A DNA stretch of 64,000 nt from Alphaproteobacteria bacterium (GCA_965229605.1 OZ245892.1:72102-136101); one strand, 5' to 3'; counted from the stretch's first letter, positions 9,518 through 19,512 are shown. A program made the numbers and translations. Notes: generated from the letters alone by a model not told the origin.

Positions 9518-10772
9518 CTCGTTCAGGGCTGGTTGACAGCAAGGCCACCGGGGTTTCAATCAATTCCTCAATCCGGCGGATATATTTGACCGCATTGGCG
9601 GGGAGATCGGCAAAGGACCGCGCCCCGGCGGTTGATTCATCCCAGCCCGGCAAGGTTTCATAGATCGGTTCCACTCGTTCCTGCTGGTCAGAGGCTGCGG
9701 GTAAATGCGACAGTTGCTTGCCATCCAGCTTATAGCCGGTGCAGATTTTCAACTGGTCAAACCCGTCCAACACATCCAGCTTGGTCAGCGCAATTCCATC
9801 CACCCCGGCAATCATCAAGGACTGGCGGGTTAAACAGGCATCAAACCAGCCGCAGCGTCGTTTGCGTCCGGTGACAGTGCCAAACTCCCGCCCGCGGGTT
9901 CCCAGCCGTTCGCCAATCTCATTCGCACATTCGGTTGGAAAAGGCCCGGAACCCACCCGGGTGGTATAGGCCTTGGCAATTCCCAGCACATAGCCAATCC
10001 GGTGCGGGCCAACGCCGCTGCCGGTTGCCGCCTGACTTGATATGGTGTTGGAGGACGTAACATAAGGATAGGTGCCATAATCGACATCCAGAAGCACACC
10101 CTGTGCGCCTTCAAATAAAATGCGCTTGCCCCGGCGGGCCGCTTGATTGAGGTGCAACCAGGCTGGCCCCTTATAGGGCAAAAGCCGCTCGCGAACCTGC
10201 AAAAGTCCTTCCAGCAAGTTCTCAGGAGTCAGAATATCCTCCCCCATGCTGGCAAGCCAGCTGTTATGATGCGCCGTCAGATTATCCAATAATGACTTCA
10301 AATGCGCCTTATTCTCCAGATCACACAAACGAATCGCCCGCCTGGCCACCTTGTCCTCGTAAGCCGGGCCAATCCCGCGCCCGGTGGTCCCGATCTTGCC
10401 CTTGCCTCTGGCTTTCTCCCGCGCCCGGTCCACCGCCGTATGAATCGGCAAAATCAGACAGGCAGTTTCTGCCACCAGCAGATTATCCGGTGTCACCACA
10501 ACCCCTTGATCGCAAAGCCGGTCAATCTCGTCCAACAGCGCAACCGGGTCAATCACCACCCCGCTGCCAATAATCGATTGTTTGCCACGCCGAACCACCC
10601 CGGAAGGCAGCAGACTCAATTTATAGGTTGTCCCGTCAATAACCAGCGTATGTCCGGCATTATGCCCGCCTTGAAAACGGACAATGATGTCTGCGCGCTC
10701 GGACAGCCAATCGACAATTTTGCCTTTGCCCTCGTCCCCCCACTGGGCCCCGATTACCGCAACATTGGCCAT
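9480..10772 (-). CDS. purA: adenylosuccinate synthetase
   Basis: [24 protein letters not shown]-loop N-terminus and full-length 430-aa PurA. Confidence 0.95.
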   Translation of the reverse strand: MANVAVIGAQWGDEGKGKIVDWLSERADIIVRFQGGHNAGHTLVIDGTTYKLSLLPSGVVRRGKQSIIGSGVVIDPVALLDEIDRLCDQGVVVTPDNLLVAETACLILPIHTAVDRAREKARGKGKIGTTGRGIGPAYEDKVARRAIRLCDLENKAHLKSLLDNLTAHHNSWLASMGEDILTPENLLEGLLQVRERLLPYKGPAWLHLNQAARRGKRILFEGAQGVLLDVDYGTYPYVTSSNTISSQAATGSGVGPHRIGYVLGIAKAYTTRVGSGPFPTECANEIGERLGTRGREFGTVTGRKRRCGWFDACLTRQSLMIAGVDGIALTKLDVLDGFDQLKICTGYKLDGKQLSHLPAASDQQERVEPIYETLPGWDESTAGARSFADLPANAVKYIRRIEELIETPVALLSTSPERDDTILLRDPFAD

Positions 10773-10805
10773 TTTTCGTTCCTTATAATGGTTGGGAGAT
10801 CAGGG

Positions 10806-11804
10806 TCAGGACGCGCTGGTCGCCGGGGTGCCAAAAATCGGCGGGATAATCAAGGATTCCAGATAAAGGCTGAACCCCATGGCTGGCTGTTTTAAAATCG
10901 GGGTCGCATAGCGTCCACCGCGCCCGGCCTCGCCACGCAATCCATCAGCAAACAACGCAAAAGCCGGCCCGATATGATAGTCAAAGCCACGCCGCTCACA
11001 TAGATCAAGGCTGAGCGTAAACCCCGCCCGGCTGGTTTCTTTCTGTAAATGATCAGCCAGATTCATAAAGGCTTGAAAACTGTCGCGCATAACCGGCAAT
11101 TTGATTTTTTGAAGTCGCTCTTTGACCCGCTTGATATCGCCCCCTGCATCCAGCAAGGAAAGAACAAGACCAGCTGCGGGCTCTGGTAGAACCTCCCGGA
11201 CAGCCGCCTGATCCTTTTGCGCAATCACACCAAGGGCTTTAGCCGCTTGATCCCCGGACAGACCATAATGCTCAAGCAAGGATGGCACCAGCGGCGGCAG
11301 CAAAAGATCAAGCGTCAGACCTTTCAATCCAAGCGCACTCAAAGAGCGCAAGGCCAGCAAAACCAACTCGCAATCGGTCTCGATAGTCGGGGGGGCTATC
11401 AACTCGCACCCCAGCTGAGTCATCTGCCGGTCCGGCTGTAACTGACTCCCCCGCACCCGCAGCACCTGACCAGTATAGGTCAGACGCAACGGAACTGGAT
11501 GATCCGCCATCCGACTGTCCGCCAAACGCGCTACCTGCCCCGTCATATCCGCCCGAATCGCCATCATCTTCTGACTGATCGGATCCATCAGACGAAAACT
11601 CTGCAAGGACAACTCCCGCGCATCCTCGGCAAACAAACTGGACTCATACTCAACCAGCGGCGGGTCTACACGGCGATAACCGGCCTTGGCAAAACAATCC
11701 TCCAGAATACGGGCAGCTTGATGACGCCGCTCGGCCTCATCAGGCAAATAATCAATTAATCCCTGCGGCAACAGAGCTTGCGAAGAACCAAAAGACCCCC
11801 CCAT
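10806..11804 (-). CDS. hisZ: ATP phosphoribosyltransferase regulatory subunit HisZ
   Basis: HisS-like class II aaRS core without an anticodon-binding domain. N-terminus LPQGLIDYLPDEAERRH is typical of HisZ. Confidence 0.75.
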   Translation of the reverse strand: MGGSFGSSQALLPQGLIDYLPDEAERRHQAARILEDCFAKAGYRRVDPPLVEYESSLFAEDARELSLQSFRLMDPISQKMMAIRADMTGQVARLADSRMADHPVPLRLTYTGQVLRVRGSQLQPDRQMTQLGCELIAPPTIETDCELVLLALRSLSALGLKGLTLDLLLPPLVPSLLEHYGLSGDQAAKALGVIAQKDQAAVREVLPEPAAGLVLSLLDAGGDIKRVKERLQKIKLPVMRDSFQAFMNLADHLQKETSRAGFTLSLDLCERRGFDYHIGPAFALFADGLRGEAGRGGRYATPILKQPAMGFSLYLESLIIPPIFGTPATSAS

Positions 11805-12124
11805 CAGAAAGGCAGCTTAAAACCAGGCGGTAACCCTAACCCGCCCATCAAATTACCCATCTGCTCCTGCGTTGCCCGCAAAACCCGCGCCCGTGCATCC
11901 TGAAAAGCCGCAACGATCAAATCCTCCAGCACATCCCCCTCAGCCGGATTTAACAACTCCGGGTCAATCTTTACCGATATCACCTCGCCCTGACCGTTGA
12001 GCGTAACCTTCACAGCCCCAGCCCCCGACTCGCCTTGAACCTGCAAAGCCGTCAGGCTCTCCTGCATGTCCCCCATCTTGTCCTGAAGACTCTGCGCCTG
12101 CTTCAATAAATCACCAAATTCCAT
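11804..12124 (-). CDS. ybaB: YbaB/EbfC family nucleoid-associated protein
   Basis: 106 aa with KQAQSLQDKMGDMQESL...VKVTLNGQGEVISVKIDPEL, typical of YbaB. Confidence 0.85.
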   Translation of the reverse strand: MEFGDLLKQAQSLQDKMGDMQESLTALQVQGESGAGAVKVTLNGQGEVISVKIDPELLNPAEGDVLEDLIVAAFQDARARVLRATQEQMGNLMGGLGLPPGFKLPF

Positions 12125-12241
12125 TGCTGTCTCTCTTAATCAAAGGAACGCCACCTGTCCTTATAGTAAAAACCAACCCCGCTTTGCAATAACCGTATAA
12201 ATATGCCGGGAATTGACAGTTTCATGTAAATCATATAGATT

Positions 12242-12526
12242 TTGAATATGAACGCGATTACTTTCGATACCCTTAAATTCACGCGCAAGCTCGAATCAAA
12301 AGGCTTCACCAAAGAGCAGGCTGAAGGCGTTGCGGAAGCCTTTGCCGAAGCAGCCAGTGATGAACTGGCAACAAAGGCTGACTTAGCCAACCTTGAACGA
12401 AATATCGATGTTAAACTTGCCGAACTTAGAGCCGAACTCAGGGCTGAAATCAAATTAAACCGCTGGATGCTTGGTATTGTCATTGCGGCGGTTGCCCTGC
12501 CTTTAATCCGCGACTTTCTGCTTTAG
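12242..12526 (+). CDS. DUF1640 coiled-coil protein
   Basis: 94 aa with FDTLKFTRKLESKGFTKEQAEGVAEA...DLANLERNIDVKLAELRAELRAE and a C-terminal TM helix, the hallmark of DUF1640. Confidence 0.7.
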   Translation: MNMNAITFDTLKFTRKLESKGFTKEQAEGVAEAFAEAASDELATKADLANLERNIDVKLAELRAELRAEIKLNRWMLGIVIAAVALPLIRDFLL

Positions 12527-12872
12527 GGCAACTATCTTTATCTTTTGATTTTAAAAGTTATTGACTCAGCTTTTTTAGGCCCCCGTTTTCTATTTTTCCA
12601 TTTCATTCATTTTTGACTTGAATTTTTTGTGTGGATGGTCTATATTGTAAAGTAACTGGAAGAATCCAGGAGGTAAATACTGCAAGATAAAAGTGATTGC
12701 ACGATCTACCTGCGCAGAAACACGCGTGAATTATCCACAAATGTTAGCTGTGAAATAGATGTGAAGATTTATTTCTTGCTTGTATGAAATAATCAACCGA
12801 CTTTAGCCAGAATGGCATGATGTTTGCTTATAATTACTTGTCCTAGAGCAAATATCTGAAACATTAGGAGAT

Positions 12873-13439
12873 ATGGACATGGAAATCTCAGCAATTCAAA
12901 ACCAGTTTTATGGTTCATTTGGTGGTGCCGGTTCTGTTGGCCGCCCCTTTGGCGATGGCCCACCGGAATTCATCAACAAGATGCTCAGCGACTTCAGCGT
13001 TGATCCTGCGAGCCTGTTTGATGAACAAGGAAATTTTAGCTCAAGTGCGCTGATTGAAGCCCTTGAAGGAAATGGACAGGCCTTTCAGGACCAGGCTGCT
13101 GCGGCTGGCATTGAAGGTGGCCGCCCGCCTTTCCCGCCTCCCAATTTTGATCCAGAGCAATTTCAAGATCAGATTGCTGCCCTTCTTGAGGAGCAAGGAC
13201 TGGATTCAATCTTCAACGAAGATGGCAGCATTGACACCGAAGCCCTTGGTCAGCTTCTGCAAAGCGTCCAGGAATCGATTGGCGGCGCGTTTAGCGGTGT
13301 TGCGTTGGGAGGTCCTCCGCAAGGTGGAGGCTATGGAGGCCAGCTGGGTTCTGACACGCTGACCTCGCTTCTGGAAATGCTGTCAACTGACAATAATAGT
13401 GAAGAAGAAGACAGCGGCTTGACGCAGGTGTTGGGCTAA
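12873..13439 (+). CDS. acidic, Gly/Gln/Pro-rich hypothetical protein, probably disordered
   Basis: 188-aa ORF with a strong RBS (taggagatATGgac), preceded by a 345-bp AT-rich leader. No recognisable domain. Confidence 0.5.
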   Translation: MDMEISAIQNQFYGSFGGAGSVGRPFGDGPPEFINKMLSDFSVDPASLFDEQGNFSSSALIEALEGNGQAFQDQAAAAGIEGGRPPFPPPNFDPEQFQDQIAALLEEQGLDSIFNEDGSIDTEALGQLLQSVQESIGGAFSGVALGGPPQGGGYGGQLGSDTLTSLLEMLSTDNNSEEEDSGLTQVLG

Positions 13440-13496
13440 TCCCTGAAAAAGTGACCTCTGAGGGGAGGGAGAGGTTTTTCCGCACGGGAGTAGGCC

Positions 13497-14660
13497 GTGC
13501 TTGATAGTCCGCCTGATAGCAATAGTGGTCGCTGGTGGAATCAAGAGCGGTTAGCCCTTGACCGCCCCTTCCTTGAATGGCGGGCAAAAGGACGGCGCAG
13601 CCTTGGGTCTTATTTTGATCAGCAAGGATTTGTGCCGGTTGAAACGCCAGCGATCCAGTATTCTCCCGGGTTAGACCCCCATATTGCGGCTTTTCAAACC
13701 CGTTTGGCACCTGCCGGGCGGGGATTTGAACGTTCTGGCCCGGTTCGCTATTTGCATACCAGCCCGGAGTTTTCGATGAAAAAGCTTCTGGCTGGCGGGA
13801 TGAAAAGGATCTGGCAGCTGGCCCCGGTTTATCGCAATGGCGATCAGACTCGCTTTCATCATCCTGAATTTACTTTGCTGGAATGGTATCGCGCTGCGCA
13901 GCCTATAGCGGGCGTTTATGATGCCGATCAGCCGGTGCGCGATGTGATTCAGGATATTGAAAATATTACCTGCCGGTTTGCTGATATGGCGGGAGGTGTC
14001 TTGCGCCGCTGCTTTCCTCCAGATGACGGGCGCAGCGATATACTATGTGACCCATCAAAAGGGCTGGAGGTTTTAACGGTTGCCGAGGCCTTTCAGAGCT
14101 TCTGCGAAATTGATCTTGACGCAGCGATGGGCGATCAGCCCTTGGCCCCGGATCCCAGGCTTTTGCGCGATGAAGCCCGTCGGCTTTCCATTCATTGCGC
14201 GCCGGATGATCAGTTTGATGATCTGTTCTTCCGGATTTTTCTGGAAAAAATAGAACCACATCTTGGCCATCCAAAACCTTTGCTTTTGCGCGATTATCCG
14301 ATTTCTATGGCGGCCCTGGCCAGAAAAAAAACTATCAGAGCAAAAACCACATATCCAAAAAGCGCGCGCAATAGAGAACCACGCTGGGCCGAGCGGTTTG
14401 AACTCTATGTTGCCGGGGTTGAGCTGGCCAACGGATTTGGTGAACTGACCGATCCGGTTGAGCAAAAACGCCGCTTTATAGCGGATCGTCAGGCGATGAA
14501 AACCCGCTATGGACGTTGCTATCCGATTGACCCGGATTTTCTGGCAGCCCTTTCCGATATGCCCCCCGCCGCCGGGGTTGCGCTGGGGTTTGACCGATTG
14601 CTGATGCTGACAGCTGGCACCTTTGACATCAAGCAGGTCTTATGGGCCTGGGTTGAATGA
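13497..14660 (+). CDS. epmA: EF-P beta-lysylation enzyme EpmA (truncated class II LysRS paralogue); the start is uncertain
   Basis: Class II aaRS motifs with EpmA-like segments (VETPAIQ..., YLHTSPEFSMKKLLAGG...IWQLAPVYRNGD, FELYVAGVELANGFGELTD). No anticodon-binding domain. It has a 30-50-aa N-terminal extension relative to typical EpmA. Confidence 0.75.
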   Translation: MLDSPPDSNSGRWWNQERLALDRPFLEWRAKGRRSLGSYFDQQGFVPVETPAIQYSPGLDPHIAAFQTRLAPAGRGFERSGPVRYLHTSPEFSMKKLLAGGMKRIWQLAPVYRNGDQTRFHHPEFTLLEWYRAAQPIAGVYDADQPVRDVIQDIENITCRFADMAGGVLRRCFPPDDGRSDILCDPSKGLEVLTVAEAFQSFCEIDLDAAMGDQPLAPDPRLLRDEARRLSIHCAPDDQFDDLFFRIFLEKIEPHLGHPKPLLLRDYPISMAALARKKTIRAKTTYPKSARNREPRWAERFELYVAGVELANGFGELTDPVEQKRRFIADRQAMKTRYGRCYPIDPDFLAALSDMPPAAGVALGFDRLLMLTAGTFDIKQVLWAWVE

Positions 14661-14799
14661 TAAACTTTCATATATTCCCTTAAGATATAATTTGGGGACA
14701 TATATTATTATCAGGTCATCTTTCTTGCCAAGAGAATCCTGTTAGAAAAACAGAATAATTGCATTTCAAAAGTCTTTTAGGTTCGGTCTGTTATGCAAC

Positions 14800-15624
14800 T
14801 TACTTCTTAAAAGCAATACAACACCAAAAGGGCGTTTGGGGAGAAAATTCGATATTCTCACAACCAGCATTTAAAAGCATTTTTGATATATCTGCTTTAC
14901 TAAATCTCTGTTCCAGCCTTGTTCCAAATCTATCTAATGCATCATTCTTGCATTGATAAAATGGTTTCCTTCGGTAATCAGAAAGAGGTATGCTTTCCAC
15001 ATTAAACCCTAATTTTTCTAGCATATATGCTGTTTTTGCTAATGGAAAATAAACCACATAAGCAATTAAAATTGAAAGCAGATGTTTGATTGGCCTGGGC
15101 GATATAGAAACAAACCTGCGGACATAATCACTTAGCTTCCAAATGGCTCTAAACCAAGCTGGCTTGTTTTCAAAATTATAGTACAAATAAAGTAGTATTG
15201 GAGCACCGCTTTTAAGCAGCCGTGTGCAGTCGTTTAATGCCTTTTGTGTGTCGGGAATGTGGTGCAAAACACCGAGACAATACCCAAAATCTTGAGAATT
15301 AGGGCTTAGGCTGCAATTTTCAGTGGTCTCTTTTAAAAAATTTACATTTCCGTATCTGAGTAAATTTTTCTTTGCAACGTTTATTGCATCACTTGGTTCA
15401 ATGCAATTTAAGGTCTGCACTTTTGGAGCGACATACTGCGCCCATCTACCAGTTCCACACCCCATATCAAAACCAATCGCCTCATCTGGCAGCATTTTCC
15501 AGGGGAAAATACTAAAATATTGATCAAAGCTTTCTTTTAATTTTGTATTGTCAATATTTGAGTAGTCAAACTTTGTCCATTCGTCCCCAAAGTCTTCGAT
15601 AACCTTTTTATCCTGATTGTTCAT
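14800..15624 (-). CDS. class I SAM-dependent methyltransferase on an AT-rich islet
   Basis: Motif I FDMGCGTGRW, post-I LNCIEPS and motif II-like LKSGAPILLYLYY. Its base composition is much lower in GC than the flanking genes. Confidence 0.75.
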   Translation of the reverse strand: MNNQDKKVIEDFGDEWTKFDYSNIDNTKLKESFDQYFSIFPWKMLPDEAIGFDMGCGTGRWAQYVAPKVQTLNCIEPSDAINVAKKNLLRYGNVNFLKETTENCSLSPNSQDFGYCLGVLHHIPDTQKALNDCTRLLKSGAPILLYLYYNFENKPAWFRAIWKLSDYVRRFVSISPRPIKHLLSILIAYVVYFPLAKTAYMLEKLGFNVESIPLSDYRRKPFYQCKNDALDRFGTRLEQRFSKADISKMLLNAGCENIEFSPQTPFWCCIAFKK

Positions 15625-15671
15625 TTCTTCTTTTGCCTTAACCGATTTGCTGTTGGCTTGCTTGTATTCTA

Positions 15672-15683
15672 GGGTCAGGACTC
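15672..15683. repeat. copy 1 of the 12-bp palindrome GGGTCAGGACCC (here GGGTCAGGACtC)
   Basis: Direct read. It lies 48 bp upstream of the methyltransferase start codon. Confidence 0.6.
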
Positions 15684-15862
15684 ATAAGATTCATCCATTC
15701 TGTTGGTCAAGAAAGGTAAAGATACAATGAAAACAAGCGAAAGCATAGCCTTAGCTACGGTGAGCTTGTTTGAAGCTGTAGATTTGCCTTTATTGACCAA
15801 CCTTGTAAAGGCGCGGCAAATTTTTGTATCTGAGCTTTCAAACCACTTGCGATTAGCTATGG

Positions 15863-16029
15863 CTAGTGCACCGTTTCACTGATTTTCCGTCTCTTGCGGC
15901 TAGTCCGTTTGAAAATCAGTGAAACATAAGGTGCACTAGCAAACTAACTTGCTAGTACTGCTTAATTTCAATAATTTGCTTATCGTAACTTGCGGACAGA
16001 TTCGGCAAATTATTGAAATGCAGTACTAG
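15863..16029. repeat. two adjacent long imperfect hairpins (stems of about 22 and 25 bp); MITE-like or structured-RNA candidate
   Basis: 15863..15939 pairs ctagTGCACCGtTTCACTGATTTTC with GAAAATCAGTGAAAcataaGGTGCActag. 15952..16029 pairs ctagTACTGCttaATTTCAATAATTTGC with GCAAATTATTGAAATGCAGTActag. Both loops contain CTTGCGG. A weaker third inverted repeat (CTGCGCG/CGCGCAG) lies at 16031..16075. Confidence 0.55.
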
Positions 16030-16089
16030 TCGCTGCGCGCTTTTCAAGCCCATCTATCACAAATTTGACACGCGCAGAATGAATTTTAT

Positions 16090-16101
16090 GGGTCCTGACC
16101 C
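16090..16101. repeat. copy 2 of the 12-bp palindrome (GGGTCCTGACCC, perfect)
   Basis: Direct read. It lies about 170 bp upstream of the ftsK start and is inverted relative to copy 1, so the two bracket the hairpin block. Confidence 0.6.
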
Positions 16102-16272
16102 TAGCTTTTAACTTACAAAACGTGCTGGATAGAGCAATGGTTTTCTTTCTTCGCTGCAAAAACCTTTTGAAATGTAAGTCGCCTGTTTTTTGGGTGGATT
16201 TGCTTTACGCCGATAGCGAATCGCGGCAGATAATCTGTTTATAGATCATTAGCGGCCCTTTATCGGGCTTTA

Positions 16273-18864
16273 TTGCCAAAAACAATGCCAACAGACTATT
16301 CTTCAGCCATAGAACCGTCGCCAAAAATTGGCCTAAATACGCGCGACCTGAATACACACGAATTACCCGGGCGTGGTCCGCAAAACGGAGAAGGCGCTTT
16401 GCTTCCGGCCGGAAGCCTTGCTTTTTTGCGCCGCTTTGCCATTCGACTGACGGCTGGAGCAGTCAGTCTGCTCGGGTTTCTTGTTCTTTTATCCCTCTGG
16501 AGCTACCATCCCGCCGATCCCTCCTTTAACACAGTGGGCCAGGTTGATGCGGCGGTGGGTAACTGGCTTGGATTACCCGGAAGCTATACCGCAGATATCT
16601 TCTTTCAGCTTTTTGGCTTTGGCAGCTTTGCTCCGGCACTGATCCTGTTTCTCTGGGGCGGGAAAATCGCTTTCGGGCTTTCGGTCTCGTACCCGCGCAC
16701 CCGGCTTTTATGCTTGCTGTTTGCTCTGGCGGTTCTTTGTGCAGTATTAAGCCTGATATCGGCATTTCTGGTCGATTCAACCCACTTTTATGTCAGTGCT
16801 GGCGGTGGTGTCGGGCGGGCCGGGGTCACCAACCTTGCAACGCTCCTGGCCCTTTTTCCGGGTCCGCCCCTGTTGCTCGACAATTACTGGCAAATGGGTT
16901 TCATGTCACTGCTGATGCTGCTGGCGGGGCTCTGTTTTTTGACGGCCGTCGGCCTCAGTTTTTCAGAATGGCGATTTATCCTGTCAAAATCGCGCCATGG
17001 GTTCAGTGCTCTTCTTTTATGGCGGCATAAATTGCGGCGGCTGCCTGGCCCTGATTTTCGCGCCCCAAACATAGTGACACCGGGGCATGATGATTTTTCT
17101 CTGGAAGAGACAGACGATCCCTTGTTCCCGGAATCCAGTGACCTTGAGCAACCAGATGCGCCAGATACATCACCAGATACATCAGAAGACTCTATTTTCT
17201 CAAGGCCCGCTCTAAAACCGTCCAAACGAAAAGTGAAAAAACCCCCGCCAGTCACAAAAGTGCAAGCCGATCAGGCTTCCTTGCCGTTGGACAGTGGCTA
17301 TAATTCGCCGGGCCTTGATCTTCTGACCCCGGCACCAGCTCAGGACGTGCCGCCAGCTGATCATGCTGTGATGCTGGAACAAAATGCCCGACAGCTGGAA
17401 GCTGTCTTGTCCGACTTCGGGGTGCGCGGTGAAATCGTTGAAATCAAGCCCGGCCCGGTGGTTACCCTTTATGCACTGGAACCCGCACCCGGGATTAAAT
17501 CCAGCCGGGTCATCGGGCTGGCAGATGATATTGCCCGGTCCATGGCGGCCCTTTCCGTGCGGATTGCGACTATTCCCGGCGTGAATGCCATCGGGATCGA
17601 ACTTCCAAACGCAACCCGCGAAACCGTGGTGCTGCGCGCCTTGATGGGATCAGGGGCCTATACAAAATCACGCGCCAGGCTGCCGCTTATTCTGGGAAAA
17701 GATATCGCAGGCGAACCCGAAATCGTCGATCTGGCAATTATGCCCCACCTCTTGATTGCAGGGACCACGGGCTCTGGTAAATCAGTTGGACTCAATGCCA
17801 TGATTCTTTCCTTGCTCTATCGGCTCACCCCCGACCAATGCCGCTTTATCATGGTCGATCCGAAAATGCTGGAACTCTCCGTCTATAACGATATTCCGCA
17901 TCTTCTCTCTCCGGTGGTGACCGATCCTAAAAAGGCGGTTGTTGCTCTCAAATGGGTGGTCCGCGAAATGGAAGACCGCTACCGCGCTATTTCACGCCTT
18001 GGCGGGGTGCGCAATATCGACGGCTATAACAAACGCCTCGCCGATGCACTGCAAAATGGCGAAACACTCACCCGCAAGATTGCCATCGGAATTGATGCCG
18101 AAACCGGCCAGCCAATCACTGAAGAACAGGAACTGCCGCTGGAGCCTATGCCCTATATCGTTGTTGTCGTCGATGAAATGGCCGACTTGATGCTGGTTGC
18201 TGGCAAGGATATCGAAGCCTCTATTCAACGGCTGGCCCAGATGGCGCGGGCCGCCGGGATTCATATCATCATGGCCACGCAAAGGCCCTCGGTCGATGTC
18301 ATTACCGGAACCATCAAGGCGAATTTCCCGACCCGGATCAGTTTCTCTGTTACCTCCAAATTCGACAGCCGAACCGTGCTTGGCGAACAGGGGGCCGAGC
18401 AACTGCTTGGCAAAGGCGATATGCTTTATATGGCAGGGGGCGGGCGGATTTCCCGCATCCACGGGCCTTTTGTCGATGATGCAGAAGTCGAAGCCGTCTG
18501 TGATTTCCTGCGCAGCCAAGGCACCCCGACCTATGTCAGTGCGGTAACCGATGCCGAAGAAATGTCCGGCGGGTTTGACACCGATGTTTCTGGCGCGGGC
18601 AACCTTGCCTTTCTTGAAGGAGGGGGCGGGGACGGGAATGGTGAAGCCTCTCTCTATGATCAGGCGGTTGCCATTGTCGCGCGTGAGGGCAAATGCTCGA
18701 CCTCTTTCCTGCAACGGCAGATGAAAATAGGCTATAACCGGGCGGCTGACCTAGTTGATCGTATGGAGAAAGAAGGCGTGGTCTCGGCTGCCAATCACGC
18801 CGGAAAACGCGAAGTGATGGTCGGCGATCATTCCACCGATTCGCTTGCCCGGAAATCTGCCTGA
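16273..18864 (+). CDS. ftsK: DNA translocase FtsK
   Basis: 863 aa with N-terminal TM helices, a Pro/acidic linker, a motor domain with Walker A GTTGSGKS and Walker B VVVDEMADLM, and a C-terminal gamma winged-helix (SLYDQAVAIVAREGKCSTSFLQRQMKIGYNRAADLVDRME). Confidence 0.95.
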   Translation: MPKTMPTDYSSAIEPSPKIGLNTRDLNTHELPGRGPQNGEGALLPAGSLAFLRRFAIRLTAGAVSLLGFLVLLSLWSYHPADPSFNTVGQVDAAVGNWLGLPGSYTADIFFQLFGFGSFAPALILFLWGGKIAFGLSVSYPRTRLLCLLFALAVLCAVLSLISAFLVDSTHFYVSAGGGVGRAGVTNLATLLALFPGPPLLLDNYWQMGFMSLLMLLAGLCFLTAVGLSFSEWRFILSKSRHGFSALLLWRHKLRRLPGPDFRAPNIVTPGHDDFSLEETDDPLFPESSDLEQPDAPDTSPDTSEDSIFSRPALKPSKRKVKKPPPVTKVQADQASLPLDSGYNSPGLDLLTPAPAQDVPPADHAVMLEQNARQLEAVLSDFGVRGEIVEIKPGPVVTLYALEPAPGIKSSRVIGLADDIARSMAALSVRIATIPGVNAIGIELPNATRETVVLRALMGSGAYTKSRARLPLILGKDIAGEPEIVDLAIMPHLLIAGTTGSGKSVGLNAMILSLLYRLTPDQCRFIMVDPKMLELSVYNDIPHLLSPVVTDPKKAVVALKWVVREMEDRYRAISRLGGVRNIDGYNKRLADALQNGETLTRKIAIGIDAETGQPITEEQELPLEPMPYIVVVVDEMADLMLVAGKDIEASIQRLAQMARAAGIHIIMATQRPSVDVITGTIKANFPTRISFSVTSKFDSRTVLGEQGAEQLLGKGDMLYMAGGGRISRIHGPFVDDAEVEAVCDFLRSQGTPTYVSAVTDAEEMSGGFDTDVSGAGNLAFLEGGGGDGNGEASLYDQAVAIVAREGKCSTSFLQRQMKIGYNRAADLVDRMEKEGVVSAANHAGKREVMVGDHSTDSLARKSA

Positions 18865-18888
18865 TCGCTCTTTCGGCATAAAAGCGGC

Positions 18889-19512
18889 GTGATGTCCAAA
18901 ATTGTTATTGCCACCCATAATGCGGGCAAGCGGCTTGAAATCGCCGCGCTGCTGGAGCCTTTAGGTATTGCTGTGATCGGCGCCGGAGACCTCAATTTAC
19001 CGGAACCGGAAGAGAACGGCGCAACCTTTATTGAAAATGCCCGGATAAAAGCACAATCCGCCACTGAACTTACCGGGCTTGCGGCCTTGTCCGATGATTC
19101 CGGGCTGGTGGTGCCGGGGCTGGATGGACAGCCGGGCATTTATTCAGCCAGATGGGCGGGCCCGGATCGGGACTTCAATCTGGCCATGACGAAAGTCAAT
19201 GAAGCCCTGATGGAACGTCATGCGGACCGCGCGGCATATATGATCTGTGTGCTTTGTTTAAGTGTGCCGGGGGAACAGGGCAGCTCGGCCCTTCGCTATC
19301 ATGATTTTGAAGGACGCATTGATGGCACCTTGGTATGGCCCCCGCGTGGAAACAAAGGCTTTGGCTATGATCCTATATTCAAGCCGGACAGCTATTCACT
19401 CACCTTTGGCGAAATGGACCCGGATGAAAAAGAGAAAATCAGCCATCGCAGCCGGGCTTTTGAACAATTACTGGCCGCTAAAGTTCTGTCTAATAGGCGC
19501 GGAGCTGGATAA
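18889..19512 (+). CDS. rdgB: non-canonical purine NTP pyrophosphatase (RdgB/HAM1 family)
   Basis: KIVIATHNAGKRLEIAALL...FIENARIKA...GFGYDPIF motifs. Confidence 0.85.
   Translation: MMSKIVIATHNAGKRLEIAALLEPLGIAVIGAGDLNLPEPEENGATFIENARIKAQSATELTGLAALSDDSGLVVPGLDGQPGIYSARWAGPDRDFNLAMTKVNEALMERHADRAAYMICVLCLSVPGEQGSSALRYHDFEGRIDGTLVWPPRGNKGFGYDPIFKPDSYSLTFGEMDPDEKEKISHRSRAFEQLLAAKVLSNRRGAG

Noticed and set aside
12136-12483. 115-aa ORF antisense to the DUF1640 gene.
   Set aside because: It is Ala/Ser-rich low complexity with no start context, and it lies entirely opposite a gene with a clear conserved coiled-coil family signature. A shadow ORF.
15863-16029. Possibility that the paired hairpins are integron attC sites marking the methyltransferase as a gene cassette.
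   Set aside because: The hairpins lie 5' of the methyltransferase ORF rather than 3'. There are no GTTRRRY/RYYYAAC core sites at the stem bases, and no intI or attI in the window.
16526-18714. Multiple ORFs of 84-240 aa antisense or in alternate frames inside ftsK (16526..16780, 16884..17255, 17992..18714).
   Set aside because: They lie within a high-confidence 863-aa FtsK reading frame. High-GC coding regions generate long shadow ORFs.
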